64,000 nt of DNA. Source: Camelus dromedarius. Lineage: Eukaryota. Made by a program: the position numbers and the translations under genes. Under the pieces are notes generated by a model. It saw nothing but the letters and a program-made list of their open reading frames with translations, searched no databases and was not told the origin of the DNA. The stretch spans positions 70,928,001 through 70,992,000 of the forward strand of contig NC_087448.1 of the NCBI RefSeq assembly GCF_036321535.1, in the 5' to 3' direction. Positions 1-10,989 of the stretch are shown in pieces; position 1 is the first letter of the stretch; each line of letters starts with the position of its first letter.

Positions 1-1430
1 TTATTTTTTTAAAAAATCAGTTATTTGGCAATTAATTAAGCAGAACATTAACTAAAATACTTCACTCTGCTACATTTCTAAAGGAAATGCTTGGAACAAT
101 ACTTATAAATTCACTGTAAAATTTTTACAATGCTATTTTAAGGTACGTACAAAACTCTAAAATACTTGGGAATAACTATAGTAAGAAAAATACAAGCTCT
201 AAGAAAAGAAAACAAAAAACTTTACTGGCAGTCACAAACAAGAACTGAATAAATGGAGAATTAGGTTAGGGTCTTGAAGACAAAGATTTAAAGCCCTAAA
301 ACATAACTAATATAAAATTAATACAATTCTGAAGTTCGTATAAAAACATAATGAGCAAGAATATAAAATTTTTAATATAACATTCAGTGGAGATTTATCC
401 CACCAGAAAATAAAGCTACTGTAATTAAAACACTAAGGTAGTGGCACAATACAAGTCGACCCTTGAACAACGCAGGGCTTACTGTGCATGTAATTTACAG
501 CTGGCCCTCCATATGTGTGGTGCTTCTGCATCCACGGATTCAACCAACTGCAAACCATGTAGTACTGTAGCATTTATCTACATAAGTGGACTTACACAGC
601 TCATACCTGCACTGACCAAGGGACAACTGTAAATGAACAGAACAGAGCCCTGAAACAGATCCACATATATATGGGAACTTCATATAGACTATAAGTGGCA
701 TTTCAATTAAATAGAGGAAAGATTGATTATTCAACAAATCATGTGGGAAAGTCAGCTAATTATTCTGAAGAAGAAAGTCACATACTCACATCATATAAAA
801 TATAAAGGGATTTAATACTTACTTTTTAAAAAAATAAGTATTGAAAAAAAAGTACTGTAACTCTGAGATGGAAAGTCTGCCTAACCAAAGAAAACCTAGA
901 AGCCATGAAGGAGGAGGAAAAACAACTCAAGAAGGAAACATTTCTGAATGGTAAAATGTAATAAACAAAATTAAAAGTGAAAAATTGGGAGAAAACATTT
1001 AAAATACACAGGACAAAGTGTTAATATCTCTATCACATGAAATAGTCTGACAAGCTAGAAAAAGACAATTCAAAAGGAAAGTATGGAAAGGACCAAAAAG
1101 GATCCGTTAAAAATCCTCCCAGAAGAGGAGCTAAGAAGTCAACATATGAAAAATTGCTCAATTTCACTAGTAGTCAGGGAATTGCAATTTAAAACAAGGA
1201 GATACCCACTTTTTGTCCATTAAATGGTCAAACATTAAAAAAATGGACAAACTCAAACATGGATATTTTTTAGACCTGGAAACTAACAGAATCTGCTGAT
1301 AAGATTTTTTTGGTGGGAGTGGGTTTCAAGAATTGTGCAAAGATATAGTGAAAAATTTTGAAAACCACCTAAATGTTTTATCATAAAGAGATTAGTTAAG
1401 AATTACAGCACTTATGTACCATAGTTTATT
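1..1430 (+). mobile_element. Old, degraded L1M fragments in RNF17 intron 2
   Basis: L1 ORF2/3'-like stretches (gaacagaacagagccctgaaacagatccacatatatatggg; tcaatttcactagtagtcaggg); interrupted by a Tigger element. Confidence 0.6.
452..629. mobile_element. Tigger2-family (TcMar) non-autonomous DNA transposon
   Basis: Terminal inverted repeats (gtcgacccttgaacaac ... ccaagggacaactg) flanked by TA at 450-451 and 630-631. Confidence 0.75.
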
Positions 1431-1434
1431 ATAT

Positions 1435-1564
1435 NNNNNNNNNNNNNNNNNNNNNNNNNNNNNNNNNNNNNNNNNNNNNNNNNNNNNNNNNNNNNNNNNN
1501 NNNNNNNNNNNNNNNNNNNNNNNNNNNNNNNNNNNNNNNNNNNNNNNNNNNNNNNNNNNNNNNN
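1435..1564. other. N-run (130 nt)
   Basis: Direct reading; abuts L1 3' UTR. Confidence 0.99.
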
Positions 1565-1870
1565 ACTTAATAACAAAACAGAAACAGACTCACAGACATA
1601 GAAAACAAACTTATTGTTACCAGAGGGGAAGGGGGTGGGGGAAGGGATAAATTGGGAGTTTGAAATTTGCAGATACTAACTACTATATACAAAACAGATA
1701 AACAACAAGGTTCTACTGCATAGCACAGGGAACTACATTCAATATCTTGTAGTAACCTATAATGAAAAAGAATATGAAAATGAATAAATGTATGTATATG
1801 TATGACTGAACTATTATGGAGAGATTGACACAACATTGTAAACTGATTATACTTCAATTAAAAAAAAGTA
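1565..1870 (+). mobile_element. L1 3' UTR (cetartiodactyl-type), 5' part hidden in the N-run
   Basis: gaaacagactcacagacatagaaaacaaactt...cttcaatt + A tail. Confidence 0.85.
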
Positions 1871-3793
1871 ATGTAGGAGACTCTCATGAGAATAGGTTAA
1901 TGCTGCTAAGAAAAATAAAGCAGACTACTAAATGCGATAGTCTCTCATTTAAATATATACCTCTGGTGGGAAAGAGGATGTTCTGGGAAGGTTTTAAGTA
2001 TAAGGTACCAAAGATAGTTATGTATTATTAGGTTATCAGGGTAAAAGTGTTACGTTAGGAAAATCACAATGGAGCAATTGTTATTTTTAAGAGTGTCCCC
2101 TCAGAACTGAGGACTAAAACTTTCATTTCTATCTGCCTCTTCATTTATGCCCTTTTGGCCTGGCATTTCATAGTAAGAGCTTAATGTTACTATCAACAGA
2201 TTTGATACAGGACATTTCTTCCAGAAAACTTAAGAAATTATTAAATACAACTGATTTAAAATATTTCAGTTAAAACTGTGTAAAGATTCTTAACTTCTAA
2301 CATACATAATAAATATTTTCTCCCCCTTCCTCTGCCATAGCTTGTCATTTAAGTGTTACTTATTGTGGTGTTTTTGCTTGTTTTTTCTATTTGTAAATGA
2401 AAAAAATGTGGTCAAATTTAACCAGCATCTCTTCTATGGTTTCTGACTTCAGTGATACGCTTAATAAGGCTTCCCCAACCAAGATCACACAATTATCTAT
2501 ATTTCCTTCTAGTTTATATTTTCAACTTGTACGTTATTAACATTTCTAATCTACATAGGATTTTAATATATATTAATTACCTATTGATTGCATAAATTAT
2601 CATTTCCTCATGGTCCAATATATTTTTGGACTCAGGTCCAAATGATCAGTAAAATGCCAGTACTTTGGAATGGTCCCTAAGTATGATCCTACCCTTAAAC
2701 AAAATCTGCCATATTGCTGTGTATAATTATACAGTGGTTATTACCAATTAACCATTAATATCAATCAGAAGCAGAGAAGAGATGTTACAGAAAACCATAC
2801 AACCATGAGAGATAAAGATTCTTAGATAAATTCATATTCACCCCAACTCAGACATAAGAACACAAGTATACCCATTAATTCTGAATGAGATAATCTTCAG
2901 CTTAAGCTTAAAATAATCAGCATTACCTAGGCCTTCAAAGTGAAAGATAAATTATAAGTCTAATGTAAATATAGGTATTTCAATCTTACTTTTTAGAGCA
3001 TCCACCTCATTTAAAATAAACTAAAAAAAAGAAAAAAGTAATAAACTATAATCCTGAAATAGTCTATAAATTCAGACTTTTCATTTAGACTTGATTCCTC
3101 CATTCTCTCTTATTCCAAGTAAAAGATACCAGCAGAAATCTAAGCTTTAAAAACTAATAAAAGAGTGGTAACAATTTCAGGAAGGTTTCTTGAAGGCCTC
3201 CTTTAACAGTGAACAGCTTTAGTGCATCTGAAGAATCTTAAATACAGTCCTCTGTCAATTACCTGGGGTAACAGCACAGGGGGATATGAGAAAAGGAGGG
3301 AAGAACGGGACAGATCACTTATCTCCCAAGGTAAGAGTCAGAACTGGTCAACTGATACAGAACAATTTGTCAAAATCCTAAAATCAAAACCAATATTTAT
3401 AAACACACTATAAACACTTGATTAGATGTTATCCAAAACACTAAAAATAATACAAGTATAATGATTTAAGAGACCACTGAACATGAAATCATTTGCCACA
3501 AAAACCAAGAAGTTACTGTTCTAATAAACGTATCGTCTGTTTTTTGAACATTAGAACAGGATGGATACGGGCAGAGACAGTTCCAGCTGTCTGCCTCTTC
3601 CTTTTCCCTTTACTTATTCTTTACCTACCACAAGACTCTATCTTCATATCGTTGGGGATATTCCATTTCAACCTCAGGAGTTAGTCTCCCCTTTTCTTAA
3701 CTATGTAGTGAGACACATCTGAGGAACCTACCGTCAAAAAAAGGGAAAGGGGATGGGAATTTCCCACAATGAAGGTCATAATTTGTAAAGTAT

Positions 3794-4396
3794 ATATCCA
3801 GAAGGAACCTTACTTCAAAANNNNNNNNNNNNNNNNNNNNNNNNNNNNNNNNNNNNNNNNNNNNNNNNNNNNNNNNNNNNNNNNNNNNNNNNNNNNNNNN
3901 NNNNNNNNNNNNNNNNNNNNNNNNNNNNNNNNNNNNNNNNNNNNNNNNNNNNNNNNNNNNNNNNNNNNNNNNNNNNNNNNNNNNNNNNNNNNNNNNNNNN
4001 NNNNNNNNNCATTCTAAGTGAAGTAAGCCAGAAGGAGAAAGAAAAATATCATATGAGATCGCTCATATGTGGAATCTAAAAAAAAAAACCAAACAAAACA
4101 TAAATACAAAACAGAAACAGACTCATAGACACAGAATACAAACTTGTGGTTGCCAAGGGGGCAGGGGTGGGAAGGGATAGACTGGGATTTCAAAATGTAC
4201 AACAGATAAACAAGATTATACTGTATAGCACAGGGAAATATATTCAAGATCTTATGGTAGCTCACAGAGAAAAAAGTGTGACAATGAATATATACATATA
4301 TATATGTTCACGTGTAACTGAAAAGTTGTGTTCTACACTGGAATTTGACACAACATTGTAAAATGATTATAAGTCAATAAAAAAGGTTTAAAAAAA
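3794..4396 (+). mobile_element. 5'-truncated L1 with 17-bp target-site duplication
   Basis: L1 3' end with A tail; cataatttgtaaagtat at 3777-3793 and 4397-4413. Confidence 0.88.
3821..4009. other. N-run (189 nt) inside L1
   Basis: Direct reading. Confidence 0.99.
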
Positions 4397-5418
4397 CATA
4401 ATTTGTAAAGTATGTTATTCCAAAACAGACATCTTCTAATATGTAAATGTTTCTGCTATAATTAAAATGTTCCCAAATTATATATATATATATATGTTTA
4501 AAAACATATTAATATATATATTTTTTTATCATGTTTAACCTGTAAACCAGTTAATCCGCACTTAGTCAAGGGTCGACTGTAACACTTATTTTAAAGGTTG
4601 TAGAGAACTTTCACTTAATTTAGATTTGACTCTTACAACCCTATGAAATAAGAAAAGCAGGTATTATTTTCATCTCACAAATGAGGAAACTCAGGGTTAG
4701 GGTGACAGAACCAGGACTGTACTGCAGGTCTTCTGCCTCTAATATTAACTGTCTGCCACACTGCCACAAAAAACAAGATATAAATCCTTATCATCCAATC
4801 TCTAAAGTGGAACATTAAGAATTTAGAGAGTAAGACAACTTTCTAGGAACATACTATATAAACTGAGCAACATTTGTACTTGTAGTAATGCAAAGAATAT
4901 CCAGTAAATTTTATTTTAAATCATTAATTTATTCTATTATGGGTCCACGTGCAAATGTATTACTTTTAGTGCTTCTGAAGTCATGTTAACTTAAAGCCAC
5001 TGTTTTTTTTTTTTCACTCTAGCATCTCTACGAATGTAAATTTGATGACACACAAAGGCTGAGGGGCAGGGCAAAGTTCAAAATTTGCTTGCATGGTATT
5101 GGTGTGGAAAATGCAGGTACAAATCTGAAAGGAATATTATTTCATTACGATAAAAATAAATAGAGGCAATATTCCACAAAAATCTCCAAAAAAGTCAAAA
5201 TATATAGGCTAAGTGTATAAACTTAACCTTGCATTCCCTTTGATCACTTTGAACAATTATAAAGTGGATATGAACAGCTTATCTTTTGCTAGGTTCCTTA
5301 GACTCAGGAGCAAAAATGCAAGTTTTTAGTTCCTAACTAAAAGTATGTCTTATTTCTCCAATATTTTCACCTTTAACATTAGGTTGTAATGCATTCAATA
5401 TGAAAGACTAAAACTTAC

Positions 5419-5513
5419 CTCACAATCAGGGCATATAATTGTGCTGTATTCTTCAGTTACTAACAAGCACAGTTCACAAAAAGCATGTCCACACTGAAGT
5501 TCATGATGGTGAC
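5419..5513 (-). CDS. RNF17: RNF17 exon 2 (95 nt, RING core)
   Basis: tctatag acceptor, GAG|GTAAGT donor; CGHAFCELC...CPDC. Confidence 0.95.
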
Positions 5514-7997
5514 CTATAGATGAAATTTTATTGTGAATTAAACTTTGCACAATTTGTTAATGTTGAATGTTCAGTATAATCAGACGGAAAGTTAAAGGGG
5601 ATTCTCTTGTATAGGAAAAGAAATGTAGTTTAGTTGGAAATGGATGACTTATTAAATGAAATTCAGGAGAAACAACACAAGTCAGAAGGAGGGAGAAAAA
5701 TGAGAAGAAAAACCAGGCAGAGCTATGTAATATTGTTTGCATTCATTTAGATGGTTATTTAGCACCTATACTTCTTCAAATTTGACATCTCTTATAATCA
5801 TATAAAGTGCTCTGACATACTTCATTTGATCATTGTAAATCGCATGGCTAAGCAGGCTGGGAATATTTTATTCAACCTAGGGATGGGTAAACATTTTAGT
5901 GATCTGGGGTAAATGGTATAATCTAGACTCCAATCTAGTTCTGTTTCCAAGTCTAATGTTCTTTCTACTTGATCATACTGCCCTCTGCTAATTTATATTT
6001 CCCAACCTGTGATGGGACAGAGAGGGCCAATTTGAGACACTGGCAAGACCATTCTCTTCATGATCTAAGACACTGGCAAGGACAGAAGTCAGATGCCACT
6101 AATGTCACACACACATGACCCATATAAAGATTATCTTCACAAACTTAGCATTTATGAAGGGAAATACCATAATCTTATCTTTGGAGTAGGGAGGGAATTA
6201 GTGTTTAATGGGTAGCATTTCAGTTTTGCAAGATGAAAAAGTTCTAGAGATCTGTTATACAACAATGTGAATATACTTAACACTACTGAACTGTTCTTTT
6301 TAAAATGGTTCAGATGGTACATTTAATGGTTATGTTTTTTTTTTTTAAACCACAATAAAAAAGAAACCAGAGAATGACTCCCCGACCACACTGAGAACTG
6401 GAATGCCAATGGCTCTATTGCCTGTGCCACAATCAGGATGTTGCAAATGAAGAAGCTGCTGCCACAGCGGCCAATTCCAGAACCCTAACCCCTGTGCCAT
6501 GTTCACACCAGCAAGGTGGTCTTGAGTCTTGCCTCTCCTCCGTATGATACCACAATTTTGACTGAAAAACCTAATATCAAGATGTTAATAATCTAAGTAG
6601 AATTTGGAGTTTATCATAATAAGCATTCATTATAGCTGTCACTTTCACAGGTTGTCGTTTTAAAAGACTTTGCAAGAAAAAAAAGGAAAAAGAAACTAGA
6701 TAAAATTAGTCACCATTCACTATAAAATTACAGTGTTCTTGCTAATTTATATTATAATAATTGCATTCTTTTGATAAAAAAAGCTTTAGTTTTAAAGCCA
6801 ACTGAAACATCTGAAGCTAGCTTACAACCAAGCTAAATTTTAAAGCTCGTTTAAATCCCAGAGATAATGTTACTAAAGAAATCAAAACTGTTTCAACTGT
6901 TTTACTTTTATAAGGTTTCTGACATTGTACAAAGCAAAATAACTTGTGCTGCATTACAGCTTACAGCAGTTTCACAACTTCGTATGCACAGGCACTATCT
7001 TTCCAATTGAGTACTTCTCAGCATTATAATAAAAATGTATGGAAGAAGCAGTGATTTAAAAATGCCATGTTCTAAAACTTTACTTTGTAATACTATCTCA
7101 TTCGAATAATGGCGATTTTCTATGCAACAGCAGTGATCGAAATTTGGGGTAGGAGAAATTTGGCTCCCCACCGAAAACACAACTAACCAACTTTTCCCAC
7201 TCGCTCATGTCTCCCAAATGGAGTCCGTCTTGGAGGGACTGAGAAAACTGACTTTCACTTCGAAAGTGCAAAGATTTAACAGGTACACAGCGTAATAAGG
7301 CTTTCAGCAGCTCCAGGAGTTGAAATTCAACAACTCGCCCCTGGCAGAGACACAGCGCCGTAACGCCTTTCCGGTTACATTAAGTAACTTGAACCTGTTC
7401 CACCTGAGGGGTCTTGAGGGAGCAAATCAAGGGCTCACGTTCCCTTGCCGCACAAGGTCAGAAAGCAAGACGCACAGAAGTAACGTGCTGTCTGCCAAAC
7501 CGAGCCGCATGCCCCGGCCCATCCCCAACGTCCGTTGTGTAATTTTAGAAACACTTCCCAGTGGTCTATTCGTTACTACAACAAAAACTACACAAGGAAG
7601 CCATGTTTCGTTGCTTCACCACAGGATGACGGCTAGGGCCTCACAGCTCCCCTCTCACCGACCTGCGAACCGGCCGGTGAGGAAGGGGCGGCGCACGGGG
7701 AGGCTGGGGGTGAGGAGAGCCGCCCTCGCCCGTCTCAGCGCGTCCCAGCCTCGCTCGCCTCGCGGCCCGCGGGCTCCGGGGCCCGGCCTCGACCCGCGCA
7801 CGCCTAGCCGCCGCGGCCACCCCGCCCCGCCCCCGCGCGGGCCGCGGGCTGACCCTCAGGCCCTCACCCAAAGCTCCGGGCGCCCTTCCTCCACACCGGG
7901 CGCACAAGGCCTCCCCCGTGGCCTGGGCTCGGGCTTGCCTCTCCACCTGCCCGCAGGAAGACGGGCCGCGCCGAGCCCTCAAGGCCTCAGCCGCCAT
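5419..7997 (-). CDS. RNF17: RING finger protein 17 (Tudor-domain germline piRNA-pathway protein), 5' partial: exons 1-2; gene continues beyond the left window edge
   Basis: Exon 1 (7868-7997) and exon 2 (5419-5513) splice in frame to [10 protein letters not shown]...LCARCGG...[32 protein letters not shown], a C3HC4 RING matching the recalled RNF17 N-terminus. Position downstream of ATP12A on the same strand matches known synteny. Exon 3 not found within 1-5418. Confidence 0.92.
6185..6365 (+). mobile_element. Old L1MB-type 3' end in RNF17 intron 1
   Basis: gtgtttaatgggtagcatttcagttttgcaagatgaaaaagttctagagatctg...cacaataaaaaag. Confidence 0.7.
7868..7997 (-). CDS. RNF17: RNF17 exon 1 coding part (130 nt)
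   Basis: GCG ATG G start in strong Kozak context; TTGG|GTGAGG phase-1 donor. Confidence 0.9.
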
Positions 7998-8060
7998 CGC
8001 CGCTTCCTCAGGCTCCGAGGGCGCACGCCGCGTGCAGGCCGACGTCCCTCGCGGCAGTGG

Positions 8061-8126
8061 CCAATCACCGGAGGCGGCGGCTCCAGAGGGCCAATCACCG
8101 GAGGCGGCGGCTCCAGAGAGCCAATC
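8061..8126. repeat. 30-bp tandem duplication carrying CCAAT boxes
   Basis: ccaatcaccggaggcggcggctccagag(g/a)g x2, then a third ccaatc. Confidence 0.95.
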
Positions 8127-9144
8127 GGTGGCGAGGAAATTGAAGCCCCCCCCCCCCCGGCCAGCGGGGCACCCGGGCTGTTTCTGTTTTGCCGCCGTCG
8201 GAGAAACGATGCGCGAGGTGATCAAAAACCGTTTCCCCGTCCGATCTTAGTCCGAGCGTCACCGCCTTAGCACTCTTACTGCATTTAAATCAGACTTAAC
8301 ACAGCATTCCTTCCACTGCTGTTGACCTCACAAGGGGCGAACCATCCTTCACGTTGAAGTCGTCCCCCTTCCCTCGGGCACCATAGGGGCTTCGGTGCGC
8401 AAGCCGGCCCAGGTGCCTACCGGTAGGGGGATGGGTTAGCTACTTCAGACTAAGGTGGTCATGATTGCCAACAGCTGTCAAACTCTCGGTGTACAAGGCA
8501 CTGTGGTCGGGAACAGTTGAGGGTGCTAAAAATTTACAAACTAACATGTTCCCGCTTGAGAGGTATGGAGGCCTCTACCTAAAGGGTAATTTCTAGTACG
8601 GTAGCTTGTGTTAAATGCCGGAGGAGAGTGAGAGAAAAGAAGAATTATCTGCGTTGTATGAAAAGCCTTCCTAGAGGATAGAGGGTTTCCACTAGACCTT
8701 AATACCTGGATGGGACTTGCGGAAGTAAACAGGGTAAATGAGGCATTCCAGGGAGAAAGAACAGCATAAGCAAGAGAAACTAAGTGGGAGATGCTGTGGT
8801 CTATTCGGAATTTAACTTATAGATCATTTGGCCAGAGTATTAACTTACTTACAGTGAGCTTTTTGGAGAGGTATATTGGAGTTGAGCCTTACAGGGTCTT
8901 GAATGCCGGACTAAGGAGTTTGGACTTCACCATTTAAGCAGTAGAGTGCTGGCCAAATTGTGTGAGCAAGGAATGACGTGATCTGGTAACAGTGCGGCAG
9001 GTATATTGTGGAGGAAGCATCTGGAGATGGCAGGGTGCATTCAGCTGCTACGAATAAAAGCCTGCATACAGTCTTCATTTTCTCTTTTCTGTATACTTTT
9101 TTTTTTTTTTGGTATAGAAGTATTCTATGCAAAAGCTCACCCCT

Positions 9145-10132
9145 GATTAATATCCAAAATGTGCAAACAGCTCACACATTTCAATATTAAAAAACAAACC
9201 ACCCTATCAAAAAATGGAAGAAGACCTGAACAGACATTTCTCCAAAGAAGATATACAGATGGCTGACAGACATATGAAAAGATGTCCAACATCGCTAATT
9301 ATTACAGAAATGCAAATCAAAACCACAATGAGGTATCACCTCCCACCAGTCAGAATGGCTATCATGAAAAAGTCTACAAATAATAAATGCTGGAGAAGAT
9401 ATGGAGAAAAGGGAACCTCGTACACTGTTGATGGGAATGTAAATTGGTGCAGCCGCTATGGAAAACAGCATGTAGTTTCCTTAAAAAACTACAAATGGTC
9501 TAAAACTACTATATGGTCCAGCAATTCATATATACCTGGAAAAAAATGAAAACTCTAGTTGGAAAAGATACATGTAGCCTGATGTTCATAGCAGTACTAT
9601 TTACAATAGCCGAGACATGGAAGTAACTCGAAGTGCCCATAAACAGATGATTGGCTTAAGAAGATGTGGTACACATATACAATGGAATATTGCTCAGTCA
9701 TAAAAAAGAATGAGATCTTGCCATTTGCAGCAACATGGATGGATCTAGGGAATATTACACTTAGTGAAATTAGTCAAAGAAATATAAGTACTATATAATA
9801 TCACATGTGGAATAAAAAAATACAAATGAATCTATACATGAAACAGAAACAGACTCACAGACAAAACAAATTTATGGCTACCAAGTGGGATGGGGTGGAA
9901 GAGGGGAGGGACAAATTAGGACTATGGGATTAACATATATGAACTACTATACATAAAATAGAAAAGCAACAAGGATTTATGGTACAACACAGGAAATTAC
10001 ACCCAATATCTTGTAATCACCTATAATGGAATATAATTTGCAAAGAACAAAAACAAAAAGCAGAAGCTGAACCACTATGCTGTACACTTGAAACTAACAC
10101 AACATTATAATTCAACTATAGTTCAATTTTAA
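9145..10132 (+). mobile_element. 5'-truncated L1 (ORF2 C-terminus + 3' UTR) with 14-bp target-site duplication
   Basis: ORF 9214-9549 resembles L1 ORF2 ([13 protein letters not shown]...[10 protein letters not shown]); aaaagctcacccct at 9131-9144 and 10133-10146. Confidence 0.9.
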
Positions 10133-10989
10133 AAAAGCTCACCCCTACTCAAAAATCTGTTTACTTTGTAGACCTCAGGAAAAAGTACTGATTCATTAAT
10201 ACATCTCCATGCTACCATCCAATAGTTTCTACCACTAATCCATAATGGAATTCAGAGTACTAATCAAGCCAGTATTCCCATGTAACGTGCTAATATTTCT
10301 ACAACTTTTTTTTAGTGGTGTTGCCTGTTCCCCTCATCTGGAGTGCCCACTCCTTTCTCCATCAATTCATGTTTTTTCCTCATCATTCATGGGTCAGCTT
10401 TAGAACCACCTGTGCCTCACAACCTTCAGATTTCTCCCTGCACTCAATACTAGAGCATGTAGCTGCAATCTCCTTTTCCATTAGGATATCTCTAATGTAA
10501 TTTGAATAATGACAATCTTGTTGCATAGGGGTTCCTCTTGTATCATAAGATGAACTGAATGTGGTTCAGTACAGAGGAGTCATGTCTGAATATCACCAGG
10601 CAGGCTGGAGAGAATTATGCCTTTGGTACAGTTGAATAAATCTTGGGTAAATCAGGGTCAGTGACAAGTACAATGACATACATTTAGACCTCACATATTA
10701 GGTATTGGTACCTCCCAGATCTTTCCAACAGAGCAGATAGAATTACGTTTACATTTAATTTAGATTGTTTAAATCCTTTGTGTGGAATTCTTTAATGGCT
10801 TCCCTTTGACTGTGACAAATCCTTAAAATGGCCTTCGATTTGGCCTCTTTGATTTGGTCTCTGTTGACCTCTGTAGCTTCATTTTGCCTCACTCCTCCTA
10901 ACTGTGCTCCAGATACTCTGGCCTTTTTCAGTTCTGTAAGTCGGTCAAGCTCTTTCCAACCTTAGGGCCTTTGCCTGGAATTCTCTTCC

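Larger units (their letters stand above)
7600..8270. promoter_or_regulatory. CpG island / promoter of RNF17
   Basis: Dense CpG and very high GC around exon 1 against an AT-rich background; three CCAAT boxes at 8061, 8091 and 8121. Confidence 0.88.

Noticed and set aside
8061-8126. Short direct repeats here and at 40611-40676 as possible CRISPR-like arrays
   Set aside because: Head-to-tail duplications without unique spacers, in a mammalian genome
7320-8270. 316-aa plus-strand ORF and overlapping ORFs across the RNF17 promoter
   Set aside because: Starts at TTG, low-complexity R/P/G/A composition, antisense to RNF17 exon 1; expected from stop-codon scarcity in a CpG island
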